From Candidatus Bathyarchaeota archaeon (GTDB lineage Archaea; Thermoproteota; Bathyarchaeia; 40CM-2-53-6), in assembly GCA_005884195.1 (NCBI GenBank), contig VBBP01000055.1, forward strand, positions 15,021-79,020: a stretch of 64,000 bases of DNA. The letters run 5' to 3'. The translations under genes and the position numbers were made by a program. The notes under the pieces are model-generated. The model did not search any database, had not been told where the DNA came from, and was given only the letters and a program-made list of their open reading frames with translations. Of the stretch, positions 1 through 10,542 are shown in pieces. The first letter of the stretch is position 1. Every line of letters starts with the position of its first letter.

Positions 1-1200
1 TCCGAGTATTCTGATCCCACTCACCTAGTCTTGAAGATGAAAAACGGCTACAACATAGGCATCTCTCTCGATAGAACCCAAAAGCTAGAGGTCATCGGTG
101 AGGGGGAGAAACCTCATTTCACCAAGCCTTCTCCACCGGCGAGTCATGCCGGGTTACCGAAGGTTTCAATTATCAGTACTGGCGGGACCATCGCCAGTAG
201 GGTTGACTATCGCACTGGTGCTGTGCAACCTGCACTCACAGCTGCCGACCTGGCAAGCGTCGTCCCAGAGCTCTCATCAATTGCAGAGATTGATACGCAC
301 ATCCTCTTCAGCGAGTACAGCGAGAGCATAGGCCCAACCCATTGGAAGGGCATGGCCGAAGAAGTCGCCAAAAAGATAGCCAACGGTGCAGAGGGAGTTG
401 TCATAAGCCATGGAACCGACACCCTACACTATACGGCGGCAGCTCTGAGTTTCGCCCTCGAAGGCATCCCTGTTCCAGTCCTACTCGTTGGAGCTCAGCG
501 ATCTTCTGACCGCCCCAGCTCAGACGCGGCCTCCAATCTCACGGGAGCAGTTGCGCTCGCCGCTCGTGCCGACATGGCCACTATTGGTGTTGCCATGCAC
601 CGAGACCTCTCTGACCACATTATCGTCGCTCATAGGGGCACTAGGGTCCGAAAGTGTCACACGAGTCGCCGAGACGCGTTCAAGTCGATAAACTCAGACC
701 ATCTGGCTAGCTACAATCTCAAGACCGGGCAGATCGAACTCGCCAATGAAGCTGCGAAGAGAGACAGGTCCCGGAAACTGGTTTTGAAGCCTCGTTTTGA
801 CCAACATGCGTACTTGATCAAGTTCTACCCGGGGATGAACCCGGGCATAATCGACTCCGCGGTTTCTACTGGAGCTCGAGGGATTGTCCTCGAAGGAACG
901 GGGCTAGGTCATGTTTCCGGACATTTATTCGATTCCGTGAAAAGAGCGTTGAAGCAAGAGGTTCCAGTCTTCATGGCTTCCCAGACGATTTGGGGACGCG
1001 TCGATATGAACGTCTACAACACTGGACGCGACCTGCTCAATCTAGGAGTCGCTCCTCTTGAAGACATGATTGCTGAAACGGCAATCGTCAAGCTGATGTG
1101 GGTCGCAGCCCAGACCAAGTCAGCAGGGAAGATTCGAGAGATGATGCTTCAGCCGATTGCAGGTGAAACAACTTCGAGGACACTGGCGGAGGCTTTCTAG
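1..1200 (+). CDS. gatD: Glu-tRNA(Gln) amidotransferase subunit D (5' end outside window)
   Basis: Asparaginase-like motifs STGGTIASRVDY, HGTDT, GAQRSSDRPSSD; frame is open from base 1; adjacent to gatE. Confidence 0.95.
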   Translation, partial: SEYSDPTHLVLKMKNGYNIGISLDRTQKLEVIGEGEKPHFTKPSPPASHAGLPKVSIISTGGTIASRVDYRTGAVQPALTAADLASVVPELSSIAEIDTHILFSEYSESIGPTHWKGMAEEVAKKIANGAEGVVISHGTDTLHYTAAALSFALEGIPVPVLLVGAQRSSDRPSSDAASNLTGAVALAARADMATIGVAMHRDLSDHIIVAHRGTRVRKCHTSRRDAFKSINSDHLASYNLKTGQIELANEAAKRDRSRKLVLKPRFDQHAYLIKFYPGMNPGIIDSAVSTGARGIVLEGTGLGHVSGHLFDSVKRALKQEVPVFMASQTIWGRVDMNVYNTGRDLLNLGVAPLEDMIAETAIVKLMWVAAQTKSAGKIREMMLQPIAGETTSRTLAEAF

Positions 1201-3105
1201 TCGTCGGTAGACTATCGCGCGCTTGGTCTCAAGGTCGGTGTCGAGATACACAGACAGCTCGACACTGAGCACAAGCTCTTCTGCGATTGTCCAACCGTTC
1301 TATCCACAAGGCCCCCGACAGTCATCTTCGAGAGGCGACTTAGGCCCACACAGAGCGAGCTAGGCCAAATTGATCCCGCGGCTCTTTTTGAATTCCACAA
1401 GGGCAAGACCATCAGCTACGAGGCAGACCACGAAACCACGTGCCTGGTAGAGCTGGACGAGGAACCCCCCCACCGGTTGAACCCAGAAGGAGTGGATATC
1501 GCCCTAACCATGAGTATGCTTCTCCACGCGAAACCATTGGACGAGGTTCACGTCATGCGAAAGGTGGTCATCGACGGGTCAAACACAACCGGATTCCAGC
1601 GAACTGCGGTCATCGCACTCAACGGCTCCATAACCGTGGAAGGGGTTGAAGTTCCAATAGAACAAGTGACGCTTGAAGAGGACTCCGGGCGAAAAACAGG
1701 CGACACAAAGACCTCGGTAATCTTTCGTCTAGATCGGCTTGGAGTTCCGCTAATAGAAGTGTCGACTGGGCCAGTAATCCACGATCCAGAGCAGGCTGGA
1801 AGAGTTGCCTTTGCCATAGGCCGCATTCTCCGGGCAACCAAGAAAGTAAAACGAGGACTAGGAAGCATACGACAAGATCTCAACGTATCGATCAAGAACG
1901 GCGCCCTCATTGAGGTCAAGGGGGTTCAGGAACTCGAACTCGTTTCCAAGGCTGTAGGCTACGAGGTTCAAAGGCAGCTTGCGCTTCTCGAGATCAAAGA
2001 TGAGCTCCGACAGAGAAACGTGAACGCTTCGGATATCAAAGAGGAATTCGTTGACATCACCGACATTCTCTCGGGCTCAGAATCGAAGATCGTTCAATCC
2101 ACTCTCAAGCAGGGAGGAGTAGCATTGGCAGTCAAACTTCCCAGTTTCAAAGGCCTGCTCAAACGCGAACTAACCCCCAATGTCCGGCTCGGAACAGAAA
2201 TGGCCAAACGCGCGGTCTTCTGGGGTAGGGTTGGAGGAATATTCCATTCAGACGAGCTCCCTGCTTACGGAATTGATTCAAGCGGTGTCGAGGCGGTCGC
2301 TGAGAAGCTTGGATGTGGAGATCTTGATGGGTTTGTTGTCGTAGCAGATAGTCTCGAGAATTCGAAAGACGGTTTGAGGGCCGTCGTAGAGCGTGCCCGG
2401 GAGGCCGTGGAGAGGGTTCCGGAAGAAACACGGGCCGCAAACCCTGACGGGACCACTGTCTATCTGCGCCCAAGGCCTGGAGCTGCTAGAATGTATCCGG
2501 AGACCGATGTCCCACCGGTTCAGATCGGCGAGGACCGACTTGAACAGCTCTGGGAGAACCTTCCCCGAATGCCGGAAGAACTCGCCAAGGAACTAGAGAC
2601 CAAACATAGTCTCAGCTCCAAGCTAGCGACTCAGCTCGTGGATTCCGATTATCTTCCCCTTTTCGAAGAAATTGTCGCTCAAGCAAAAGGGGTCGCGCCC
2701 AGCTTCGTCGCAACGGTTCTCACAGAATCTCTGAGAAGTCTGCAAAGGGAACAAGTCCCTGTGGAAAATGTGCGGGAAGACCAGCTCAAACAAGCGTTCG
2801 ACCTGGTTTCAAAGGGCGCAACGGCAAAGGAGTCCGTTCTAGACGTTCTCAAATGGCTCGCATTCCACCCAGACGGAATCGCTGAAGAGGCGGTGGACAT
2901 GTTGAACCTCCGAATGCTGACCAAGTTGGATCTAGAGAATATCATCAGCAAAGTTGTTGAGTCTAATCAGACCTTCGTTCAAGAAAACGGATCGAAAGCC
3001 CTCGGACGAATGATGAACCTAGTAATGGGCGAGGTGCGGGGACGGGCTGACCCTCGACAAGTCACCGAACTATTGCGGTCTCGTTTGGAACAGGTCAGAA
3101 CATGA
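1201..3105 (+). CDS. gatE: Glu-tRNA(Gln) amidotransferase subunit E (no canonical start codon at the conserved N-terminus)
   Basis: Frame open from 1201: SSVDYRALGLKVGVEIHRQLDTEHKLFC; motifs MRKVVIDGSNTTGFQRT and RPRPGAARMYPETD; the ORF-track start at 1477 truncates conserved sequence. Confidence 0.93.
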   Translation, partial: SSVDYRALGLKVGVEIHRQLDTEHKLFCDCPTVLSTRPPTVIFERRLRPTQSELGQIDPAALFEFHKGKTISYEADHETTCLVELDEEPPHRLNPEGVDIALTMSMLLHAKPLDEVHVMRKVVIDGSNTTGFQRTAVIALNGSITVEGVEVPIEQVTLEEDSGRKTGDTKTSVIFRLDRLGVPLIEVSTGPVIHDPEQAGRVAFAIGRILRATKKVKRGLGSIRQDLNVSIKNGALIEVKGVQELELVSKAVGYEVQRQLALLEIKDELRQRNVNASDIKEEFVDITDILSGSESKIVQSTLKQGGVALAVKLPSFKGLLKRELTPNVRLGTEMAKRAVFWGRVGGIFHSDELPAYGIDSSGVEAVAEKLGCGDLDGFVVVADSLENSKDGLRAVVERAREAVERVPEETRAANPDGTTVYLRPRPGAARMYPETDVPPVQIGEDRLEQLWENLPRMPEELAKELETKHSLSSKLATQLVDSDYLPLFEEIVAQAKGVAPSFVATVLTESLRSLQREQVPVENVREDQLKQAFDLVSKGATAKESVLDVLKWLAFHPDGIAEEAVDMLNLRMLTKLDLENIISKVVESNQTFVQENGSKALGRMMNLVMGEVRGRADPRQVTELLRSRLEQVRT

Positions 3106-3581
3106 CAAGTAGCAAAGACGAGCCGAAGGCTGAGGAGATTGCCCTCGACGATCTTGACAGGAAGATATTGCACTGGTACCTCATCGATGCTCGTCTCTCG
3201 TACAGGGAATTAGCACACAAGCTAGGCGTCTCCACGACCACTGTTCAGTCTAGAACCGCGAAATTGGAGAAGGTGGGAATAATTCGAGGCTATTCAGCAC
3301 TGTTCGATCATGACAAGATTGGATTCCAGCTCACCGCGATCACAGAGGTCAGCGTCGCCAAAGGCAAGCTTCTCGAACTGGAAAAGGAGGTCGCCAAGAT
3401 GCCGCAAGTCCTCGCAGTCTATGACGTCACAGGACTCACGGATGCGATGGTCATTGCGAAGTTCAGGAGCCGAGACGATCTAAGCAAGTTCACCAAGGCA
3501 CTATTAGCGATGCCATTCGTTGAACGGACTAACACTCACATTGTCTTAACGACAGTAAAGGAAGATTTTCGTCTACTCTAG
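3102..3581 (+). CDS. Lrp/AsnC family transcriptional regulator
   Basis: LDDLDRKIL...DARLSYRELA HTH followed by a RAM domain (VYDVTGLTD). Confidence 0.92.
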   Translation: MTSSKDEPKAEEIALDDLDRKILHWYLIDARLSYRELAHKLGVSTTTVQSRTAKLEKVGIIRGYSALFDHDKIGFQLTAITEVSVAKGKLLELEKEVAKMPQVLAVYDVTGLTDAMVIAKFRSRDDLSKFTKALLAMPFVERTNTHIVLTTVKEDFRLL

Positions 3582-4418
3582 TTTGGAGCTTAGACGCGTG
3601 GCTTCCTTCAAAGATTGAACGGTTTTTTTCAGTTGAGTCTCAGCTTGACTCGGATCATCGAGGTGGTTTCCGACGATTCTGACCAAAGCGCTTCCAACGA
3701 TTGCCCCGTCAGCCCCAGATTGTATGACGGCGGAGACGTGTTCAGGTTGCGAGATCCCAAATCCAGCGGAAACCGGAATCTTTCCCCTCGCCAAGAACTT
3801 GACCGCCCTGACAGCCTCAAGCGCTTGTGGGCTGAGCGAGTCCCGAGGACCCGTAACACCGTAGATTGAGACGAGATAGAGGAAACCCTTCGACTTGTCG
3901 AGAACGGTTCGGAGTCTAGTCCGGGAAGTGTTTGGTGCTGCCAAGTAGATGTTATCGACGTTGTGTTTCAGAGATATGTTCCTGAACTCCTCGCTTTCTT
4001 CGACGGGCAAATCTGGAACGACGATCCCGTCAACACCACTCTCACGAGCTTTCTGCAGGAAGCGGTCCAAGCCCATCGCAAGAATCGGATTGTAATAACT
4101 CAGAACGACAAACGGAACCGGAAACTGCGTTGAGAGTTCTCTGATCATGTTAAGGACTACTAGAGGGGTGGTTCCGTTGGACAAGGCGCGCATGCTAGAC
4201 GCCTGGATCACTGGTCCGTCGGCGATTGGATCCGAGAATGGAATCCCGATCTCAACGATGTCCGCTCCGCCCTCTATCAATGCGGTAGAATTAGCCAAGA
4301 ATGTTTTCGGGTCGGGGTCGCCCCCTGTTAGGTAAGCAACCAGTGCTCCCTCTCTGAGGCCACGGAGTTCTCGAAACTTCGCTTCTATTCTATCATCATT
4401 GTGGGAGGTGTTTGGCAA
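3573..4418 (-). CDS. trpA: Tryptophan synthase alpha chain
   Basis: [31 protein letters not shown]. Confidence 0.96.
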   Translation of the reverse strand: MPNTSHNDDRIEAKFRELRGLREGALVAYLTGGDPDPKTFLANSTALIEGGADIVEIGIPFSDPIADGPVIQASSMRALSNGTTPLVVLNMIRELSTQFPVPFVVLSYYNPILAMGLDRFLQKARESGVDGIVVPDLPVEESEEFRNISLKHNVDNIYLAAPNTSRTRLRTVLDKSKGFLYLVSIYGVTGPRDSLSPQALEAVRAVKFLARGKIPVSAGFGISQPEHVSAVIQSGADGAIVGSALVRIVGNHLDDPSQAETQLKKTVQSLKEATRLSSKLE

Positions 4419-5598
4419 CTATCTCCACATCCTTGTCGCCCCTGCCTGAAAGGTTGACGATGATCGAATCCCTTGTCCCGAGACTCTTCGCCAACTTCAT
4501 CGTGTAACTGATAGCGTGGGCTGATTCCAAAGCTGGCATGATTCCCTCCAGTTGTGAGAGGTTCTTGAACGCCTCCAGAGCCTCCTCATCGGACACTGTG
4601 ACGTATTTGGCTCGCCCCGCAGTCATCAGGAAGGCGTGTTCCGGCCCGACGCCGGGATAGTCTAGCCCGGCCGAAATACTCCGGGTAGTCTGCACTTGTC
4701 CCACCTCGTTCTGCAGAACATAAGTCATCATCCCGTGTAGGACTCCTTCGCGTCCAGCAACTAACGGCGCCGCGTTTTGTCCCGGCGACAAGCTTTCTCC
4801 ACCCGCTTCGACTCCGTAAAGGTCAACATCCGGATCGTGCAAGAACGAATGGAAGATTCCGATCGAGTTGCTCCCCCCGCCGACACATGCAACTAGAGCT
4901 TTCGGAAGTCCGCCCTCTTGTTGCATAATCTGCTTCCGCGCCTCCTTCCCTATCACACTCTGGAAGTCTCGGACCATCGTTGGGTAGGGGTGGGGACCTA
5001 CAACCGACCCGAGAAGATAGTAAGTGTCCTGAACGTTTGTGACCCAGTCTCTCAACGCTTCATTGATCGCATCCTTCAAAGTCTTGGACCCGGACTCGAC
5101 TGGGTGCACTTTGGCACCGAGCATCTTCATCCGGTATACGTTCAACTTCTGCCGGTCCATGTCCTCGCTTCCCATGTAGACCTCCGCACGTAATCCTAAA
5201 GCTGCGCACGCCATGGCTGTAGCAACCCCATGTTGTCCCGCCCCGGTTTCGGCAATGATCCTTCGCTTTCCCATCTTCTTTGCAAGGAGAGCTTGGCCAA
5301 GCGTATTGTTGATCTTGTGAGCGCCGCCGTGCAAGAGGTCCTCTCTCTTCAGGTAGATTCTTGCTCCTCCAACATGGCTGGTCAGATTAGTAGCAAGGTA
5401 TAGTGGCGTAGGTCTGCCTGCGAAATCGTCCAGCCAGCCCGCCAACTCCTTCTTGCATGAGGGGTCACGCGAGAACCTATTGTATGCCTCCTCAAGCGCT
5501 CTCAGCGGCTCCATCAGGGTCTCAGGGACATACTGTCCTCCGTATTTTCCGAACTTTCCCGGCTTGGAATGTGTCCTTGGTTCGGCGTGTTTTTTCAA
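4396..5598 (-). CDS. trpB: Tryptophan synthase beta chain (TrpB1)
   Basis: [48 protein letters not shown]. Confidence 0.97.
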   Translation of the reverse strand: MKKHAEPRTHSKPGKFGKYGGQYVPETLMEPLRALEEAYNRFSRDPSCKKELAGWLDDFAGRPTPLYLATNLTSHVGGARIYLKREDLLHGGAHKINNTLGQALLAKKMGKRRIIAETGAGQHGVATAMACAALGLRAEVYMGSEDMDRQKLNVYRMKMLGAKVHPVESGSKTLKDAINEALRDWVTNVQDTYYLLGSVVGPHPYPTMVRDFQSVIGKEARKQIMQQEGGLPKALVACVGGGSNSIGIFHSFLHDPDVDLYGVEAGGESLSPGQNAAPLVAGREGVLHGMMTYVLQNEVGQVQTTRSISAGLDYPGVGPEHAFLMTAGRAKYVTVSDEEALEAFKNLSQLEGIMPALESAHAISYTMKLAKSLGTRDSIIVNLSGRGDKDVEIVAKHLPQ

Positions 5599-6380
5599 GC
5601 GTTGACTAGCTCCCTTACCTTCCCTTCGATGTCCGACGATTTCATTATCGAAGTACCCACAAGAAATGCTCTGGCGCCCGCAGCTTTTAGTCGTCGGACA
5701 TCGTTGGGAGACTCTATCCCACTTTCCGATACGATCGGTCTATCAAGGTCGGCGTTCTCTGCGAGGATTTTCTCCGTGGTGGAGAGGTCCAGTTGGAATG
5801 TGGATAGGTTTCGGTTGTTGATACCGTAGAGGTCTGGTCTGAATCTTCGCAGATTCTCAAACTCGCCAGTGCTGTTTGCCTCCAGTAAGACCTCCAGTCC
5901 AAGCCGATTAGCTTCGAGAACCATACTATCGAGCCCAACATTGGACAGTTTCCTAGTGAAGATTTCAGAAATCAATACCACCGCACTTGCTCCGGCTCTT
6001 TTTCCGGCTTGGAGTTGCTTCAGTGACACAACGATGTCTTTCATTATCGTCGGCGCCTCAATATCCTGGCTGATGGTAACCAGTGTTTCCAAATTGCCAT
6101 CAAAGTTTTCCGGGTCCGTAATAACCGAGATCGCACAAGCTCCGCCGCTCAGCATTGCCCTCGCAATCTGAAGAGGGTCCCCAGGTTCTCTGATCTTTCC
6201 AGCGGATGGAGAAGCGTATTTTATCTCCGTGATGACCGGCGTCATTCTGCTGTCCTTGATTGCTCTTACCAAGCTTCTCGGAGATGTGTCTGCCGCACCA
6301 CCGTTGTCGTAGTAGCCCCGTGTGACTCTAGCTCTGGCTTTAGCGGCTAGCTCGGGCAAATGGTCTACCATGAATGTCAA
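5595..6380 (-). CDS. trpC: Indole-3-glycerol phosphate synthase
   Basis: [31 protein letters not shown]. Confidence 0.95.
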   Translation of the reverse strand: MTFMVDHLPELAAKARARVTRGYYDNGGAADTSPRSLVRAIKDSRMTPVITEIKYASPSAGKIREPGDPLQIARAMLSGGACAISVITDPENFDGNLETLVTISQDIEAPTIMKDIVVSLKQLQAGKRAGASAVVLISEIFTRKLSNVGLDSMVLEANRLGLEVLLEANSTGEFENLRRFRPDLYGINNRNLSTFQLDLSTTEKILAENADLDRPIVSESGIESPNDVRRLKAAGARAFLVGTSIMKSSDIEGKVRELVNA

Positions 6381-7426
6381 GCCAAATCTTTGAGACGCTG
6401 AGTATTTCCGCCCGAAAACTCTACGAGCTGATGAAGGACTCGGAACGGCTTTCCGTCACTCACAACATTGGAAGCTATCTCTACTCCCTCTCCGAAATTT
6501 TCAGCTTTATCGCACAGGACGAGTCCCGCAGCCGCGTTCGCCAACACCATTTGGACGCGGGGATCGTTATGTCCTAGATGTCCTGATAGGATCTTGGCCG
6601 TGGTGCGCGCGTTCTCCTCTGGGTCAGAGCCAGCAACTTCCTCGGTTGTGCTTCTCTTGAAGCCCAGATCTTCTGGCTCCACCTCATCCCGAAACACTCT
6701 TCCATTTTGACGTCTTACGATGATTGTTTTGCCCGTTATGGAGATCTCATCGACTCCATCGAGCCCGTAGACGGTCATCACAGATTTCGCTCCTATGTTG
6801 TGGGCTGCGAGGCACATCGGTTCTAGGAGCTCACTATCGTAGACTCCGATGAGTTGGGCGTTTGCTCCTGCAGGGTTTGTTAGGGGGCCAAGGATGTTGA
6901 ATACGGTGCGCACGCCTATCTCGCGTCTCACCGAGGCCACATTTTTCATGGCCGGGTGGAAGTTGGGTGCGAACATGAACCCGATTCCAATCTCTTCGAT
7001 CGCCCTCTCGACCAACTCTGCTTCCATGTTCAGATTCAGACCCAATTGCTCGAGAACGTCTGCGCTTCCGCAGTTGCTCGTGAACGAGCGATTGCCATGT
7101 TTTGCCACCGGAACGCCAGCGGCCGCTATTACGAAAGCAGCGGTGGTGCTGACATTGAACGTCTTCGTTCTGTCTCCGCCAGTCCCGCAAGTATCCAACA
7201 GGTAACCGTCTATTTTCGGGTGGATTCTCCGGCTGAACTCCCGCATTACCTGCGCCAGAGCAGTGACTTCGTCAGCTGTTTCCCGCTTCTTCTTCAGTCC
7301 TATCAGAAACGCTGCGACCTGCGATGACGTCGCTTTCCCAGACATGATCTCCCTCATCGTAGTCTTCGCCTGATCGGGCGTCAACTCGTGATTCTCAAGG
7401 AGTAGCGGGATGCAATCTTTGATCAT
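6377..7426 (-). CDS. trpD: Anthranilate phosphoribosyltransferase
   Basis: DTCGTGGD, NVSTT, AKHGNRS, RTVFNILGPLTNP. Confidence 0.96.
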   Translation of the reverse strand: MIKDCIPLLLENHELTPDQAKTTMREIMSGKATSSQVAAFLIGLKKKRETADEVTALAQVMREFSRRIHPKIDGYLLDTCGTGGDRTKTFNVSTTAAFVIAAAGVPVAKHGNRSFTSNCGSADVLEQLGLNLNMEAELVERAIEEIGIGFMFAPNFHPAMKNVASVRREIGVRTVFNILGPLTNPAGANAQLIGVYDSELLEPMCLAAHNIGAKSVMTVYGLDGVDEISITGKTIIVRRQNGRVFRDEVEPEDLGFKRSTTEEVAGSDPEENARTTAKILSGHLGHNDPRVQMVLANAAAGLVLCDKAENFGEGVEIASNVVSDGKPFRVLHQLVEFSGGNTQRLKDLA

Positions 7427-7431
7427 GCGAG

Positions 7432-8010
7432 TTAGTCCTCCAGGAAGTTCTTGATGATCCGATGCCCTGGCACGGTAAGGATGGACTCTGGATGGAACTG
7501 AACGCCTTCGATCGGAAACTCTCTATGGCGGACGCCCATTATCTCGTTGTCATCTGTGGACTGGGCGGTCACTTCGAGGTTTTTCGGTAGGCTCTTTCCG
7601 TCGGCGACAAGAGAGTGATATCTCGTAGCCTTGAACGGGCTCTTGATTCCGCTGAGAACCCCTTTTCCATCGTGTCTGATCGGGCTGGTCTTGCCGTGGC
7701 GTGGTTTCCTTGCTCGAACTATTTTGCCGCCGAATGCATGAACAATCCCTTGGTGTCCCAGACAGACGCCCAGTGTCGGGGTCTGCCTGCTCAATTCTCG
7801 GAGGATAGCCGTGCACGTCCCGAAGTATCGCGTATTGCTGGGGGTGCCCGGACCGGGGGAGATTATGATCCTGTCAGGTGAGAGTTCCTTGACCCCTGCG
7901 ACATCTATCTCATCATTCCGTTTCACAACAACTTTGTCGGCAATCTCACCAACATACTGGGCTAGGTTGTAGACGAAGCTGTCGTAGTTGTCGATGATCA
8001 GAACCCTCAC
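7432..8010 (-). CDS. trpG: Anthranilate synthase component II (glutamine amidotransferase)
   Basis: IDNYDSFVYNL, ISPGPG, GVCLGHQ, GVQFHPES. Confidence 0.95.
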   Translation of the reverse strand: MRVLIIDNYDSFVYNLAQYVGEIADKVVVKRNDEIDVAGVKELSPDRIIISPGPGTPSNTRYFGTCTAILRELSRQTPTLGVCLGHQGIVHAFGGKIVRARKPRHGKTSPIRHDGKGVLSGIKSPFKATRYHSLVADGKSLPKNLEVTAQSTDDNEIMGVRHREFPIEGVQFHPESILTVPGHRIIKNFLED

Positions 8011-9414
8011 CGGTCTTCCTCCTGGGCCTGATCAATCGCAGTGAACAAAGCCGCTGTCTTTCTCTCGGACTCGATCCATTCCCGGTCAGGGACCGAATCA
8101 GCAACTATCCCTGCTCCGGCCTGGAGATAGCAGTACCCGTTTTGGGCGCAAAGAGTCCTGATTGTTATCGCGAAATCGCTGTTTCCGTTTGCAGAGAAGT
8201 AACCGACGGCTCCCGCGTAAGGACCCCTCGCAGTGGTTTCCAGCTCCTCGATAATCTCCATCGCACGAACTTTGGGGGCTCCCGAAACTGTGCCGGCAGG
8301 GAAGACAGCTCTTAGCAAATCGAAGCTAGTTGCACTCTTTCTCAGCTGTCCAGTGACCCTCGAAACGATGTGTTGGACATGGCTGTACCCCTGAACTCGC
8401 ATGAACTCGGGAACCTTGACAGTCCCATAATCGCAGACTCGACCGAGATCATTCCGGGATAGGTCCACGAGCATCACATGTTCCGCACGTTCTTTTTCGT
8501 CCTGAAGCAGTTCAGCCGCCAGTGCTTTGTTTCTGGCTGAATCCCCGGTGAAGGGCCGGGTTCCTGCGATGGGGAAGCTTTCCGCGTTGCGACCGATCTT
8601 CCGGGCCAGCATCTCTGGGCTGGACCCGACTATTTCCCTGTCGCCGAACTTGAGGTAGTACATGTATGGGGAGGGGTTGATTCTCTTCAGCGCCCGATAG
8701 AACCGGAGGAGCGAGCCCTTGAACGGAATCTTGTACCTCTTCGAGAGGACTACCTGAAAAATATCTCCGGATTCAATGTAGTCCTTGGCCTCGTCGACTC
8801 GCTCGCAGAAGTCTTCCTGGCTAACGTTCGATTTTGGCTTACCGAAACTAACTTGATCGCTATCAGTCGATTCCTTCAGTAGTTCCTTGGCTTTCTCTAT
8901 TCTGTTTTCTTCCCGATAGAAGTAGTACGTTCTGCTGCTGAGATGATCGAAAACAATGCCATCTTCGAAGAGTCCGAACTCCACATCAGGGAATCCGTTG
9001 CCTTTGTTTCCCAGTCTGGGAATCTTTTCAAAGGAACGTACAAGATCGTAGGACGCGTATCCGACAAGGCCGCCAGCGTATCTCTCGCCTGGACTTCGTT
9101 CTTTGACTGGGCTGTTGACACTTGCTAGAAGCGCTAGAGGGTCTTCGCACTTCTCGATCCGTCTTTCCGATCTCTGCCGATCTAAGATCTCAGCCTGTTC
9201 CTTGGAGGTACGAATCGTCTTCTGCGGGTCGAATCCTACGAAAGTGTACCTAGTTAGGCGGCGAAGTCCCTCGACTGACTCAAGAATGAAGCATGTGTCA
9301 TACTTGTCTCGGATAGTTGCGAAAATGTCTATCGGTTGTTTTCTAGTTTCTAGCGGAAGATAGTTCAGACTGGTGGGGCGCGTTGTGAGTTGCTGTCCAA
9401 AGACTATACCCCAT
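8007..9414 (-). CDS. trpE: Anthranilate synthase component I; proposed to start at ATG 9414 with a +1 frameshift at CTT-TGG (9402-9397); alternative is a non-canonical ATA start at 9407
   Basis: C-terminal motifs GDIFQVVLS, NPSPYM, KERAEHVMLVDL, PAGTVSGAPK; the same frame is open upstream of 8984 (FILESVEG...RYTFVGFDP, GGLVGYASYD) with no in-frame ATG/GTG/TTG. Confidence 0.92.
9343..9414 (-). promoter_or_regulatory. trpE leader ORF MGYSLWTATHNAPHQSELSSARN (0-frame) carrying a CTT-TGG candidate Trp-sensing +1 frameshift site
   Basis: ATG GGG TAT AGT CTT TGG...TAG; a +1 slip gives TTT GGA CAG in the trpE frame. Confidence 0.7.
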
Positions 9415-9450
9415 GGATGTCGCCTTTGCCCTCATTCTCTCATGTCGCTT

Positions 9451-10536
9451 TTATAGCTTGCGTGTCCACTTCTGTACATTGGATGATAGTCTCTTCCTCA
9501 AGCTACTCGTTTGCTTGGATCGAGTCTGGGCAAGTGTCGTTGCAACATCGAGGAATTTCTGTCTGATAGCTGGGAGGAACGGGTTCAGCTGTTGGATTCC
9601 AACAATTGTGTCCCAATTGTCCAGCATGTTGGCAATCATGCCTTCAGTCTCTCTGAGAGACTGAGTCCTAGGCTCTCCCCCCATCCCGTCGAGGCCTATT
9701 CCGAGAGAAATCAGGGCAAAATGATGCAGCCCCTGTACATAGGCCATGGCCTTGTCATGTTGGGCAGCCGACATTGTTTGAACCCTTGCTCCGCCACCCT
9801 GCAGCGCACGGGCTAGCTTCGACCATTTCTGGCCAGCAGTGTAGGACACGGCGATGATGGTTTGATCATGAAGATGGTCTATGTTGGGTCCGAAGAGAGG
9901 GTGCAAGCTCACGTATTCCAGTCCTTTCGGGATTTTTTCCGCAATCCTATCCGATATTCCTGTCTTGACCGAGGATACATCGGTTAGAAGGCTACCTGCT
10001 GTCATAAGGGACGCGGTCTCGGTTGCGACCCTGACCGTTTCCTCCATTGGCACGGCTAGGATCACTACGTCGGACAATGCTGCGTCCAGGATTGTTCCCG
10101 GTTCGACCTCTATTTCTTTGGCCGATGTCCGGGTTTTGTTGATCTCTCTGCCCGCTAGCTTGACCTTCGCTCCTTGGAGGCTGGCGAATCTTGCGAAGAA
10201 CCGTCCCATTCCTCCGGTCCCGCCTACGATCAGGATTCTTGTCTGATCAAGTTTCTTGCTTGATTTTTCAGGGTGGTCTTGCTGCGCCTCAACGCTTAGG
10301 GCAAGAATCTGCTCGAATACTGGCCTGATGAATTTTGGGTTAATGTCGAGTGACGTGGCGGTTCGTTCTATCTTTCTGAGGATGACTTTCTCTCGCTCGG
10401 GATCGCGATAGTCGAGGCCTCTCTTCTGTTTGATTCTGCCCAGGAGCCTTGCGTTCTCGTATCTGTTCTTGAGGAGCCGAACAATCTCTTGGTCTAGCTC
10501 ATCGATCTTGTCACGAATTCTATTGACGTCGTCCAT
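9451..10536 (-). CDS. tyrA: Chorismate mutase / prephenate dehydrogenase fusion
   Basis: N-terminal AroQ-type CM (RDKIDELDQEIV...DPERE) plus Rossmann IVGGTGGMG, DVSSVK, HPLFGP, HDKAMAYVQGLHH. Confidence 0.9.
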   Translation of the reverse strand: MDDVNRIRDKIDELDQEIVRLLKNRYENARLLGRIKQKRGLDYRDPEREKVILRKIERTATSLDINPKFIRPVFEQILALSVEAQQDHPEKSSKKLDQTRILIVGGTGGMGRFFARFASLQGAKVKLAGREINKTRTSAKEIEVEPGTILDAALSDVVILAVPMEETVRVATETASLMTAGSLLTDVSSVKTGISDRIAEKIPKGLEYVSLHPLFGPNIDHLHDQTIIAVSYTAGQKWSKLARALQGGGARVQTMSAAQHDKAMAYVQGLHHFALISLGIGLDGMGGEPRTQSLRETEGMIANMLDNWDTIVGIQQLNPFLPAIRQKFLDVATTLAQTRSKQTSSLRKRLSSNVQKWTRKL

Positions 10537-10542
10537 GAGGGG

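Noticed and set aside
1198..1200. Genome-wide TAG recoding (pyrrolysine or alternative code)
   Set aside because: Many genes end at TAG at their expected C-termini (glmS, trpA, radA, pyrG) and no conserved gene in the window has an internal TAG
9432..9443. Mini-ORF ATG AGA GAA TGA between tyrA and the trpE leader
   Set aside because: Three codons with no aromatic codon; cannot be distinguished from chance
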